Shown here one piece after another: positions 50,883-63,150 of a stretch of 64,000 nucleotides of DNA (position 1 is its first letter; each line of letters begins with the position of its first letter). The stretch covers positions 62,001-126,000 of the forward strand of contig CBFFRP010000370.1 of the NCBI GenBank assembly GCA_965644295.1. Direction: 5' to 3'. Source of the stretch: Paraphysomonas bandaiensis (lineage: Eukaryota > Protista > Chrysophyceae). The notes beneath the pieces are model-generated. The model was not told the origin of the DNA. It made no database searches and worked only from the letters and a program-made list of their open reading frames with translations. The translations under genes and the position numbers were made by a program.

Positions 50883-53800
50883 TATTGAACTACAACCAAC
50901 TCCTACGTGCGTACTTGAAGTTTGGTAAAGTCAATCGCTAGTAGTTATCCTGTATTCTATGTAGCAATGAAATACAGAATATACATGACTACAGTATAGG
51001 AGTAGCTATTACAAGTATACAAAGAAACTGAAAATATAGTAGCTGTTAAAGATATGATTTGTAGAACAGAATGTTGATGTTGGTAAATGACGTGGTTCCT
51101 AACTCACAGGGCTACAACATCATAAACTTACTATATCTCCTATAATATCAATCAGTCAATATTGCACTAACTAAAAGCGTAAATTAATATGGCAGCGGAT
51201 GGAAATTTCACGAATGTCGCCTCAGGCTCAAAGGTACCTCCCTTCGAGGAACTGAACTTCAAGAAATTCAAGAAGTTCTTCACCTCATTCCTCATGAGAC
51301 ACAATCGAGCTCATCTTGTCCTCTCAAAGGATAAACCAAGGCACATTCATGATCTAGACTCTACAGTCCCAGCGGGAGCTCATATGACTGATGCACAGAA
51401 GAAGCGACTACGCAAAGCGAAGAAACTCTGGAACACCCGGAACGAGACCGCGTACTCCTTCCTGATGGAAGTGTGCAATGCTCACCCAAAAGCAGGCACA
51501 ACAGCGGCTCTCTACGAAGGAAGTACAGCAAAAGGGTTACTACAGGCACTGGAAGAGAGATTTCTCAATGTTGAAAAGAATACAGTACAGGCAGAGGTCA
51601 CAAAGTTCAATTCAATGAAGATTACCTCAAGTCAGTCAGGAGCAGAGTTCGTCGACAGCGTTGAAGCCCAGGCCAAGATTCTCGAGAATCTAGGTCGTGA
51701 AGTCACGGAAGACGACAAGCTCACTCGACTAAAGGAAGGTCTCACAGACAAGAGATATTCCCAACTAGCACACAGCCTGTATACAGCAAACGATGTGACA
51801 TACGCAAGAGCAAGCAGCCTAATCAAAGGGTATGAAAACACATCATTCGGCAAGCATGCGTTGCAAAATTCAGGGGAAGACAGTGTCAATCAAGCAGTGG
51901 ATGACAGTAAATGGAAAGAGCACAAGAGAAAGGGCAGATGCAATAAGTGCAAGAAACTTGGCCACTTTGCTAGGGAGTGCAAGACTCCAGAGCATGTCAT
52001 AAAGAGGATGAAGGGGACAAGATCACAGAGAAAAGATAGAGATCACAGAAACAGGGGTGATAACAAAACAAAGCTACCTGTGTGTGAGATATGTGACATC
52101 CCAGGCCATCAGACTAAAGACTGCTTCCACTTGAAGACTGCTAAAGCTGCAGTGGTCAGTTCTAAACGGGGGCGAGACTCTAGAAGGGAAACGGCACCCT
52201 ACAAGAACAAGAAGAAACCGCGAGTGTCTGTACATGATTCAGAAGATGAAGCGGGATACGAATCGATGATATGTGTGGAAGAAGAGGTGAATCTAGCACA
52301 GAGCATGTCAGATGTTATTTATTTAGACAGCGGGTGCAACAAGATGATCCTTACCTCCAAAAACCACATGACCAACCTTCAGCGCGCTGATAGGCAGATG
52401 TCCACAGCGAACAAAGGTAAACTGTCAATACACAGTGTTGGCGATGTAGGAAGCTTTAAAAAGGTGTACTACGCACCTGAAGCAAGTAAGAACCTCGTAG
52501 ATATGAAGAGCATCACAGATAGGGGTTGTGTTGTGACGTTCGATAATGATGAAGTCGTCATTCGAAATAAGACTACGAACAAGACACTCATTAGACAGAG
52601 AAGTGTTAATGGATTATATCCAGTTCGACTCGAAGACTTACTTCAGCTTGGAGAAGAATCCTCAGCAGCACTTGAGGAGCAGGGGTTTGATGACCAGCGA
52701 ATTCTATGGCACAAAAGACTTGGCCATGTCAACTATGATAAACTGACTGAGTCCGACCGCCGAGGCCTAGTTGATGGAATAAATCTGGACAAGAAATATT
52801 TCAGAAAAAAACACAAAAAAACGATATGCAAATGTAATACCTGCATGCGATCGAAACTCACGAGAAAGAACTTCAGGACTCCACGCCAGTTGATGAACTT
52901 AGACAACAACCCAAAGGAGAGAGGGGTGCTCAGTGCAGATACGATGGAAGTCCTAAACACGCCATCGATGGAAGGCTACAAACATGTGTTACTATTCAAG
53001 CACAGTGATGCAAAACATGTATGGGCTTATGGGTTGAAAAACAAGACTGGGAGTGAAGTGTTAAAGTGTATGAAGGACATGGTAGAGACCCAACTTGTCA
53101 AAGAAGGATTGCAACTACGACGATATCATGCAGATGGCGCAGGAGAACTAGTAGGGCAACATGTCAGGCAGTACTTACGTGAAACCACCAGCACAAGGAC
53201 TGTACAGGTTACTTGGACTCCACGTGACACACCCGAAATGAATTCGCTATCGGAACGCACTAATCGTACAGTGAAGGAGATGGCCCTTGCTATATTGCTC
53301 GATAGTGGCATGCCATCAGTATTTTGGTTCAAAGCAGTCTTGCATGCTGTATATCTGATCAACAGGTTACCTACGAAGACAACGAAAGGATACATCTCAC
53401 CTTTTGAGTATATTACTGGAACCGCACCAGATGTGAGTGACTTGAAGATCTGGGGCTGCAAGGCATGGGCTATTGTGCCGAAGGAGCAGCGCCGCAAAGA
53501 GTGGAAAGAAAAGGGAAAACCTGGATACTATATGGGACAATGTCAACAACCTGTTGGACACCAAATATATATTCCAGACCTGAATGCTATTATTGTTGCA
53601 GTCAATGCACAGTTTGATGAGTCAATTCCAGAGCGTTCACAGGAGTATTTCGACGAAATAGATAATCTACAAATCGACACCTCAGAAACAGCAGAGAGTG
53701 TAAATGACTATCAGTACCTGGTGGGCCTCAGACATCTTGATGGACACCTGTGTTATGTTACCACCAGAGTGATAGAGAGAAGAGGAGTCATTGTTGCATA

Positions 53801-56061
53801 TAGGAGATTAGATATGAAAGGAAATACTACCGAGGAGCAAACTCCAATTCATATCAAAGATGTAGTAAAGATGACTCACTCTACAAAGTGTCAGACCGAC
53901 AAGTTTAATAGTTTGCGAAATGAGTTGGATCAGACTTGTAATGACAGTGACAATGAACAGAGGACTCCTGACCGCTCAAATCGGGGCGCATCTTCAACAG
54001 GTGGGGCAGATCGAAATCCCAGAACTGAAAAACGACCTCGAAAAAAACGGCACATTGTTAACGTTGGTGTCCTCGGCGATGTCTCATTGTTTCTTGATTC
54101 CTCCAACAGCACAATTAAAGAGCCACAGACGCTGGCAGAAGCAAAGAAGACTCCACAGAGAACATACTGGATTGAAGCTACCAGGAAGGAGGTGCACAAG
54201 CTTGAACGAAGGACATGCTGGAAGATTGTCCGAAGGCCGAAACACCGAAAAATCATAAAATCTAAATTGGTCTTTAAAGTAAAGCGCGACCATCTTGGAA
54301 AAATTAAGAAGTTCAAAGTTCGACTTGTGGCGAAAGGGTTTACTCAAGAACAAGGAGTCGACTATAATGAGACATTCTCCCCAGTAGCTAAAGGTGTATC
54401 ATTTAGGCTAGCACTAGCACTGGCTCTGCGATACAATCTGCAACTCCGTCAACTCGATGTAGAAACGGCATTTCCGTATGCAGATCTGGACGAAGACGTG
54501 TTTATGTCTCCACCTGCAGGAATAGATATTCCACAAGGCTGTTGTTTGAAGATTCTGAAGAGTTTGTATGGCCTAAAACAAGCGCCTCGAAATTGGCATT
54601 CAATGCTGAAGGACAGTATAAAGGCGATGGGGTATAAACAATGTGTTCTTGACCCATGTTTATTTGTACTCAAGGGTACTGATGATAACCTACATATGAT
54701 ACTTGTGTATGTAGATGATATCATTGTGCTCAGCTCTGACAGCCGTCATATTGAAGAAGTCATCAGCGCCTTTAAGACTCAATATGCCATGCAAGATATG
54801 GGGGACCTTAAGCATTATTTAGGTCTTACCATTGAGCGTCATAATGGCCAGATTAAGTTACATCAGTCTGCATATGCTAAAGATGTTGTGGCCAGATTCA
54901 ATCACTTGTTGTCAGAAAAGAAGAGACGGTGCAAGGCAACCACACCTCTACCACCTGGCCTAAAGTTGTCCAAGGATGCAAAAGAGGAAGAAACTCGAAA
55001 ACAGAGAGAATACGTTGATGCATTTCCCTATCAATCTGTTATTGGTGCCTTAATGTATTTGGCAGTGCATACTAGACCAGACATGGCATATACAGTAAAT
55101 CTTCTCTCCCGGTTCACCACAAGACCCACGTACGCTGCATGTCAAGCTGCTCTGCATACTTTATTGTATTTAGAAAATACAGTTGATCAAGGTATCATAT
55201 TTCCTAATTTCACAGATGAAGACCCTCTATGTGTGTACTCTGATGCAGATTGGGCCGGAGATCTGGATACATGCAGATCCACTACAGGGTATATCGTATA
55301 TCTGTGGGGTGCTCCAATTGCATGGCAGTCCAGACTGCAGCCAACAGTGGCTACGTCGACTATGGAAGCTGAATATATGGCTGCATATGCTGCAATTCAG
55401 GAGATTGTATGGATACGAGGGGTGATGACAGAGCTCGGAATTCGTGGATTTGAGCTCAGTAAGAATGCGTCTCCAACAATCTTGAATATGGACAGCAAGA
55501 GTGCGATTGATCTAGCTCAGAACCCGGTAAATCATAAACGTTCCAAGCATATTCGGATCAAGTATCATTGGATTCGAGAGCAAGTGGGAGGCTGTATCGT
55601 CAGGCTGAATCATGTGCCAACGGCAGAGATGACAGCAGACGTGATGACTAAAGCCTTGTCCGAGAAGCTGCACTATCAGCATGTGCACACTATGGTATCG
55701 CACTAAGTAGACTTGCTCATCACAGTATATTCTGATATGTTCATTGAGTGGGAGTATTGAACTACAACCAACTCCTACGTGCGTACTTGAAGTTTGGTAA
55801 AGTCAATCGCTAGTAGTTATCCTGTATTCTATGTAGCAATGAAATACAGAATATACATGACTACAGTATAGGAGTAGCTATTACAAGTATACAAAGAAAC
55901 TGAAAATATAGTAGCTGTTAAAGATATGATTTGTAGAACAGAATGTTGATGTTGGTAAATGACGTGGTTCCTAACTCACAGGGCTACAACATCATAAACT
56001 TACTATATCTCCTATAATATCAATCAGTCAATATTGCACTAACTAAAAGCGTAAATTAATA
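50883..56061 (+). mobile_element. Intact Ty1/copia LTR retrotransposon with 307-bp LTRs (50883-51189, 55755-56061)
   Basis: LTRs appear identical; 5-bp TSD CATTT; PBS-like TGGCAGCGGATGG; PPT-like GAGTGGGAG. Confidence 0.96.
51189..55706 (+). CDS. Copia Gag-Pol polyprotein (Gag with 2 CCHC knuckles, PR, IN, RT, RNase H)
   Basis: CNKCKKLGHFAREC, CEICDIPGHQTKDC, YLDSGC, WHKRLGH, HADGAGE...SERTNRT, LYGLKQAPRNW, YVDD, YSDADWAG, EAEY, ADVMTK; IN precedes RT. Confidence 0.97.
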   Translation: MAADGNFTNVASGSKVPPFEELNFKKFKKFFTSFLMRHNRAHLVLSKDKPRHIHDLDSTVPAGAHMTDAQKKRLRKAKKLWNTRNETAYSFLMEVCNAHPKAGTTAALYEGSTAKGLLQALEERFLNVEKNTVQAEVTKFNSMKITSSQSGAEFVDSVEAQAKILENLGREVTEDDKLTRLKEGLTDKRYSQLAHSLYTANDVTYARASSLIKGYENTSFGKHALQNSGEDSVNQAVDDSKWKEHKRKGRCNKCKKLGHFARECKTPEHVIKRMKGTRSQRKDRDHRNRGDNKTKLPVCEICDIPGHQTKDCFHLKTAKAAVVSSKRGRDSRRETAPYKNKKKPRVSVHDSEDEAGYESMICVEEEVNLAQSMSDVIYLDSGCNKMILTSKNHMTNLQRADRQMSTANKGKLSIHSVGDVGSFKKVYYAPEASKNLVDMKSITDRGCVVTFDNDEVVIRNKTTNKTLIRQRSVNGLYPVRLEDLLQLGEESSAALEEQGFDDQRILWHKRLGHVNYDKLTESDRRGLVDGINLDKKYFRKKHKKTICKCNTCMRSKLTRKNFRTPRQLMNLDNNPKERGVLSADTMEVLNTPSMEGYKHVLLFKHSDAKHVWAYGLKNKTGSEVLKCMKDMVETQLVKEGLQLRRYHADGAGELVGQHVRQYLRETTSTRTVQVTWTPRDTPEMNSLSERTNRTVKEMALAILLDSGMPSVFWFKAVLHAVYLINRLPTKTTKGYISPFEYITGTAPDVSDLKIWGCKAWAIVPKEQRRKEWKEKGKPGYYMGQCQQPVGHQIYIPDLNAIIVAVNAQFDESIPERSQEYFDEIDNLQIDTSETAESVNDYQYLVGLRHLDGHLCYVTTRVIERRGVIVAYRRLDMKGNTTEEQTPIHIKDVVKMTHSTKCQTDKFNSLRNELDQTCNDSDNEQRTPDRSNRGASSTGGADRNPRTEKRPRKKRHIVNVGVLGDVSLFLDSSNSTIKEPQTLAEAKKTPQRTYWIEATRKEVHKLERRTCWKIVRRPKHRKIIKSKLVFKVKRDHLGKIKKFKVRLVAKGFTQEQGVDYNETFSPVAKGVSFRLALALALRYNLQLRQLDVETAFPYADLDEDVFMSPPAGIDIPQGCCLKILKSLYGLKQAPRNWHSMLKDSIKAMGYKQCVLDPCLFVLKGTDDNLHMILVYVDDIIVLSSDSRHIEEVISAFKTQYAMQDMGDLKHYLGLTIERHNGQIKLHQSAYAKDVVARFNHLLSEKKRRCKATTPLPPGLKLSKDAKEEETRKQREYVDAFPYQSVIGALMYLAVHTRPDMAYTVNLLSRFTTRPTYAACQAALHTLLYLENTVDQGIIFPNFTDEDPLCVYSDADWAGDLDTCRSTTGYIVYLWGAPIAWQSRLQPTVATSTMEAEYMAAYAAIQEIVWIRGVMTELGIRGFELSKNASPTILNMDSKSAIDLAQNPVNHKRSKHIRIKYHWIREQVGGCIVRLNHVPTAEMTADVMTKALSEKLHYQHVHTMVSH

Positions 56062-56325
56062 CATTTTACATTTCACATAACATTTCAAAACACCAATCGC
56101 CTTATTGAAAGATAATCTCAAATAACACAAATGTATATACATTCAGTTTGCATGATATTTCACCGCGCATCAAATATATACTGATACAACAGCAGGGAGC
56201 AAAAACATACCAAATAACAAATTTCACTGATCTGTATCACAAATTTATCACAAAGAAATAGATTAGTTGTACTATATTCGAACATATATTGTCACAGAAA
56301 GACCGCTACTCATCTGCACGTGTAG

Positions 56326-58131
56326 TTATGAACTAGAGTCAGTTTTCCACGAAGATATTTGACTCTTCAGGTTGAAATTAGGTAACAGCGTCCCACTGGT
56401 AAGAGGCTGATTAGTCATTGGTGATGTGCCGTTCCCCGTGGTTAGCCATGCCTCTATCGCAGTTCGTTCATATGTATGCCCATCTTGAGCTATGACTGGA
56501 TCTTGCATTAACTACATATATTGAAATAAAACACGAAGAGAAGTTATTAAAGCAATTCACCTCCTGTGTGATAGGGCACAAGAATTCATCAGGAGGACCT
56601 TGGCGTGATGCAATTCTCTTGGGCGGCGAAAGGCTGGATGCAGTGCTATATCCACGACTCAAACCGCGGGAAGGCTTCTTCTTTGCTACAATGTGGTAAA
56701 AACAGTGCCATCACACGATCAACAGTAAACATATACTACACTTACGAGAAGACTTTCTCGTATATATGGGGTCCATTGCAACGTCTCCTTCAGTAGACTC
56801 CTTCCCAAGGTCCGACTGAGAACATCCGAAGATTTGGGACTGAGAATCACCAGAAAATGATGCTGAAGCGCGTCTGGCAGGTGGCGGAGGCTCGCAGATT
56901 ACGGCTACAGGTATCGCTATGAAAGAATATACTTTATCAGCACTAACACTTACGTTTCAGCTTTAATTTATTGAAGTACTTCGTGGCCACATCCACATCT
57001 AAAAGCTTCAGCTTGCGGATAAGTTTATACTGCTCTGGTACTTCCATTAAGGCCTGAAGACTAAAACCCACCTGCTCCGTTACATTCAATTAGTCTCGCC
57101 GCTAAAACCATACAATACAATGAACCTCCGGAGATATCCCCGCTTTGCGAGCCTCTGCCAGTGCATCAGTCATACACACGAACTGGAAATTGTCAAAGCG
57201 GCGGCGTGGCAATTGATCATCGAACTGCTGCATCATATCCCACGGTCCATCCTATAGTCAGATAAAAGATAAGAGATAAGAACAGCAGAGCGTATCTATC
57301 AACACTTACCCCAACACCCACCATCACTATAGATATCGCGAAGTTGCTGGCCTCTACAATAGCCCGCTTGGTATCATCCAGATCACTGTCCGTCACTTGT
57401 CCGTCGGCAATAATTACCCTATACAAACTTTTAAAAAAAGTCACACCAAGAAACCATGATGCACATACAGTATGTGATAGCGAAATTCGTGTTCAGCGAC
57501 AATATGAATAGCCTTTCTGTAAATCAATATCGGTAACCACAAAAGAAGGTAGAAGAGTACCAGATATACACCTTATTATAGGAGCAAATGACGTCGGACC
57601 AGCCAGAGAAGAATACATCGCCATATGTTTATACAGTTTCTATAAAGTATTACAAAACGAGTAATATGTATCAAGTGATAAGTAGATTACCTCCACTTCA
57701 TCCAATCCATTACACGGCATATCATTCTCACGAAAAGATACAACTTTTTGATTACGTGATATCACATCACCAAAACCATAACATGGAATTTTATTATCAT
57801 CATCAAATACTGATAATGTCTTACATATCACATGCAACACAACCTGATAAGGGTTCCTGATATCACTTGCAAGACTGTGTAAAGATTTCCCATGAAACGT
57901 TTTTTCACCATTATATAAATTTGATTTTGTAAAATCAATTCCGATAATTAATTCGGATGATTCAAGACCACATGAACGTAATCCATCTTGTAGATCTTGA
58001 TATGATGTGTATTTATCGGGTATAGTGTAGAAATCTAGATGTGTAGGAGTTACATACAGTGTGATGAGTTGATTAAATGAATGACCTGATAGAGGATTGG
58101 TAATGGATTGTGATGAGACTCCTGAACCCAT
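56326..58131 (-). CDS. N-myristoylated copine (vWA)-U-box protein, RGLG-like E3 ligase (multi-exon)
   Basis: MGSGVSS; [11 protein letters not shown]; [14 protein letters not shown]; [11 protein letters not shown]; IADGQV; SIVMVGVG; RRFDNFQFV; [11 protein letters not shown]|[20 protein letters not shown]...SPMTN. Confidence 0.9.
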
Positions 58132-58359
58132 TTCAATGGTGTGGTGTGTGGAGGAGAGGCAGAGAAGGGTTGGTCATGATCTCAGGGATGGATTGTGGTT
58201 AGAGTGAATCAGAGCTATGAGCATGATACACACATACATGTATATACATACAGAGGGAACATGCTGTGTACATATAGACACATGTACTGTACTGTGTATA
58301 TAGGAATTCCTGTACAAAGAGGGGGATTTATTGTGGACTGTATTACATATACAGGGTTT

Positions 58360-58537
58360 TGTAATAAAAACCATGGTTTTGTGTTTCCTCAAGTACACTG
58401 TACATGTCCAGTACAGTTCATGTCAGGGGGTTTATAAAAAACCAGGGTTTTGTGTTTCCTCAAGCACACTGTACTGTACATGTCCAGTACAGTTCATGTA
58501 AGAGGGATTTATAAAAAACCAGGGTTTTGTGTTTTCG
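58360..58537. repeat. ~70-75-bp tandem repeat (about 2.3 units)
   Basis: TAAAAACCA(T/G)GGTTTTGTGTTTCCTCAAG.ACACTGTACATGTCCAGTACAGTTCATGT repeated. Confidence 0.85.
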
Positions 58538-58718
58538 CAATGGTCCTCGTGCACACAACACACTGTATGAAGTTTGAGGAAATATCTTGGAGTTTTCCAA
58601 CAAAATAACCCCATTTTATAACCCCCCTTGTACTGATATCTATAGAGACAGACACAACACCAGCTATAACACCACAACTATCACAACATCCACTAATACA
58701 ATCAGAAACATACACACT

Positions 58719-60574
58719 ATCTTTACAATGGAGTATGCCAACAGCATCTACAGTCATTGTTGTCTTGACACCCCTGCCTGTGTCTCGAGCGATAACCTAT
58801 GGGTTGTCTATTCCCAACTGCCAAGTTGTGAGATTTGATGAAGTTCAACGTTGTTGCATGCCCAACTAATTTTCCCTCGCTTTCTGGGTAAACGATGCCT
58901 CCCTCTTTCTTTTGTCCCCTACTACTTCATCACTTGTAATTACTTCGCTAGAAATTGGAAACCGTATAAAGAACATAAGCTGGTCAAGAGTGTAGGTCGC
59001 CTGACTCTTACAAGTGATAAAGTGGTGGGAGATAAAAGAAAGAGGTATAGTTTACCCCGAAATCGAGTAAAAAAGTTGGGCACGCAGCAACGTTGACATA
59101 TATCAAAGCTCACAACTAGTGTTGGTAATCGACAACCCATAAGTGCCTGCTTATGTCGAATGTGTGGTATCTGATATATTATATTCTCTCACAATTCTGA
59201 GAACCTTGTTGCAAGTGGACAATACTTCTGTCAACAAAGCCCTAAAGGACAGAAATTATTTCATTTACCACTATTTCTTTACTTCGAAGTGTACGCAAGT
59301 GTTCATATGAGGTTTGATCTGTACTACTTCGAGCAATTGCTAAATCCAATCTGGTTTCAAAGTAGCCTACCAGCGACCTGGACTCTTGACCTCTACTTCT
59401 GTCTATAAAACTAAGCTACTGTACCCCTCGTATTTTAAAATTAGACACACTTGCTCACTAAATACACTTATAGTTTATACCCGTACTTCTTCTTCTTGTA
59501 ATTGCATAGAGTAGCGAATCGCTGTATTGAAGATATACGTATATATAATCATAACTACTTTACTATGAATAGTATTTAGACAAGCTGGCCTCGACTATAA
59601 TGATATATTATATATTACTATTATCTACGTTCAACACACAGTTATATACACATTCAGAATGCGCGTATTTAAACGCATGTATACATAGAGGTAACAGTTC
59701 CCTGGATAGGCAGTTCGGGAGAAAGCCTCGAGAATAGTTAGCAAAGACTAAGCATGTACAAACATCAGCTTCACTCGCTATAAAAACCATTTAAAAAGGA
59801 AACGACTGTATTGTAGATAACAAGACCCCAATAACACTGAATGATCGCAGCATGCAACATATAGGTGTCATACATATACGACATGAGTGAACACTGCTTG
59901 CTGTGACCCTCCAACACTATAACATGGAGTGCATGCAACAAACAAGCTAGAAGAGGACATTGCAACATTATTTATTGTACAAGGCCCAAAGGAGCCCAGA
60001 GTGTGCCAGAGCTATATCTACCAAATGATATCGCTTATCTTCCACTCGAGTTGTGAAAGACTTATTATTAGCAGTAGGCGTCAAGAGCCAACACCAGATG
60101 AGTAGTTAGATGAAGACTAGTCACGCCCGATCGGCCAATAGGTCGGTCCCAGCACTGACAAGCTGACTCAGATGGTGGCAACGTAGCATATCCACAAAAT
60201 TTCTACGGAGGGAACCGGTACAATTAAATGTCATCAAATTGGTCGATAAGGCTTAGCAATGCCCTAACTATCGCCATGCTATATGGTACGACCTCATATT
60301 GCACTATACGGTCATAGAGTGACCCACATAGTCAAGTCACAGAGATGATATTTGACCCCCCCACACACTCTCAACTCTCCAAGCACATCGTCTGCAGTAT
60401 TAAGTCGAATACACAGTTTCAGTAGTGGTTAATGCATCCCACTGCTTTGTATATAGCAATCGATAGTCATCCTGAGGACTGAGGGCTCTTCTGTCTTATC
60501 ACTCGAGACACAGGCAGGGTGTCATGGCAACAATGACTGTAGATAATGCTGATATACTCCAGTGTAACGATAGC
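58719..60574. mobile_element. Putative decayed TIR element bounded by ~75-bp imperfect inverted repeats
   Basis: 58722-58795 is approximately the reverse complement of 60496-60572 (CTCGAGACACAGGCAGGG...CAACAATGACTGTAGAT). Confidence 0.5.
60055..60120 (-). mobile_element. 3'-end fragment of the retroposon family
   Basis: Reverse complement reads GACGCCTACTGCTAATAATAAGTCTTTC. Confidence 0.6.
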
Positions 60575-61225
60575 ATGTCTCTAAATCCCTGCCTGATAAT
60601 CCCTAATTTGTGGTAATATGCCCAACAGGTAATAAAAATCTCCCTTTTTCTAATTTCTTTTTATATGTTCCTAATCAAAAAACAGCATGCAACCAAAAAC
60701 CCATGGATTTTTATGCTTGATGCCTGACCCTGCGTACTCTGTAAGCACTGTACATACTGTGGTAACCAATGCAAACCTCAGGTTTTTATGTCAAAAACCC
60801 ATTTAGAGTAGTGTAATAACAAGGTGGGGTCACCAAATCTCGGTCACCATACATAGCAGTACAGTACAGTATAGTGTATAGTAGTATAGTATAGTAGTAT
60901 AGAGTAGTATAGTGTATAGTAGTGTATGTACTCTGCTGTACATAGTGATATCGTAGTGTGTAGTGTGTATGTATATATCACAGCAGTGGATGTTTACTCT
61001 GCTGTACATACACACATACATACACATACATATATATCAACAACCCTCTCAATGAAATTACAATACATTCCAAGTACCTATCAAATCACTCTACTCTAAC
61101 CAGCTACCTTACCTCGAACTAGTTGCTATTAGCCTCCCTGTAGCCACCTCTATAAGTATGCATACCTCTGTGTGTATGTATGTGTATGTATGTATGTCTG
61201 TATAGCGCTATAGTCAATCATACAC

Positions 61226-63014
61226 ATGCTACATCACATCATATCATACACTGTCATTCTATCCATATGCATACTTGTATCAGGAGGATGCAGAGACTCC
61301 GGCTCATATAAAACACGCACACGTATCGTATGTATAGCTGCTGTTGAGATGGAGTGGGATTATGCACCTGATTCCAATGAATTTCGGATGGATAAATCGA
61401 ATCTATATGAGGAAATTGCTCAGAATATGCTGATGAAGTCATCCAAGAATTTAGGGAAGATATATCAGAAAGTAATGTATAGAGAGCATGTGTATGATAC
61501 CAGCACAGAGACGTGTAGATGGGAGGCTTCATATCGCATTAATAGTACATACAGTGGGATTATGGGCCCAACGATCAGAGCAGTAGTCGGAGATACGGTA
61601 GTAGTACACTTTAACAATCAGGCTTCTAACGACTATTCACTCGTACCTGACGGATTGACGTTTTCAGGGGTATGACTAGATACAGAAACTGTGATGTGTA
61701 GTAATTTTTTTATCTGTTATGCAGAATATGCAGCAGCTTGTAGGACCTGGGGAGTCTTTCACATATGTGTGGCATGCTACCTCCAATTCTGGCCCATTGA
61801 GAGGACAGGGGTCCACCACTTCATGGCTGTATCGATCGGACAACAGTGAGGACGATGTGCACACCGGATTAGTGGGAGCCATCATTGTAACGGACTCTAG
61901 TTACGTGACTTCTAAGAAGAATAGACAACATGCGCTTCCTTGTGATGCTGATAATGTAGTAGTCCTCATGACGTGTTCCTTTGATGAGTCCCGTAGCGCG
62001 TAAGTTCCCTCAAGTGTGCCATGCCATGTGGTCTGTAACCTTTTGTGCAGAATGCTGGAGAGGAACCTCTTGTCTCATATAGGTGGAGACGGTGACATAT
62101 ACATCGACTTATCCAAGTACCAGAGTGATGAGCAATTTGTAGCGTCCAACACTCGAAATTCCATTAACGGTTACATGTACGGTAACCTGGGAAGCTCTCG
62201 TGGATTCTCTGCCACCACCAACGAGCGATATCGTGTCCATGTTCTCGACTGCGGGGCTGAATCCTCCGACAATATATGGGCTGGTGGACAATCCCTAAAG
62301 TGGTCGTCCATATCCACAGCTTCGTTCATGAATGAGCTACGTCACGAGGAGAAAATTAGAGCTGTAAAGAATATCGAAACCTCCGGTGATGTCGGAGCGC
62401 GGCTTATGACATCATATGTTCAATTCCAGGATCGACAGGAAGGTGAATGGCTGGTTCAGAGTAGTGATAGTGATCTCACTCAGGCTGGAATGATAGCTAT
62501 ATTTGAGCTACTTCCTGCCTCAGAGGTGGGATACTCTTCTCATGACGAAGGTGATGCCAGCGCATGGGCTGAATTTAGTTTCGTCGATGTATGTCTGGGA
62601 GTGGGGGTGCTAGCCCTGATTATTTGGGTGGGCTTCTATATATACAAGGAGCAGAAGGCGATGACCACTTGGCAGCAGCTGCCTGATAACTCTTCCCACA
62701 CTTTCTGCAGCTCTGACAGTGATGTCATGGATTCGACACAGACTGAGCTAGAACAACCTATCGAAACCACTGACGAAGAGTCTTGCCCTCCTCGCCCTCC
62801 CAGCCCTGTCCCTTCTCGCTCTACCCATAACGTAACCCCACCCGCCCCTACATCGCGTCAGTCGTTGCATACACATGAATCGCCTGGGAGGCGGTCAAGC
62901 AGTAGATTGAGTAGGAGTATGCGAGACACAGAGTATAGCAGCGCATCAGCAAGGAGAAAGCGAGCAATGAAGCGACGCGAGTTAAGTGTGTTACAAAATA
63001 TGGACGTTCTCTAG
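61226..63014 (+). CDS. Hephaestin/ceruloplasmin-like two-cupredoxin type I membrane protein lacking copper ligands (3 exons)
   Basis: Signal peptide; IAAVEMEWDYAP; YQKVMYRE; GIMGPTIRAVVGD; VGPGESFTYVW; GLVGAIIV; SINGYMYGNL; TM helix; S/R/P-rich tail. Confidence 0.85.
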
Positions 63015-63150
63015 GGGGAGTCGCTTCTCTAGAAGACGCATCTATCATTTTTTTAGTAATGACTTTAGTTTTTTATTTTGTTGTGGTATGCTTGTATCAT
63101 TCGTAATTCAATCGCAGTTTTTGCTTCATAGCACTGTCCATATATATATT

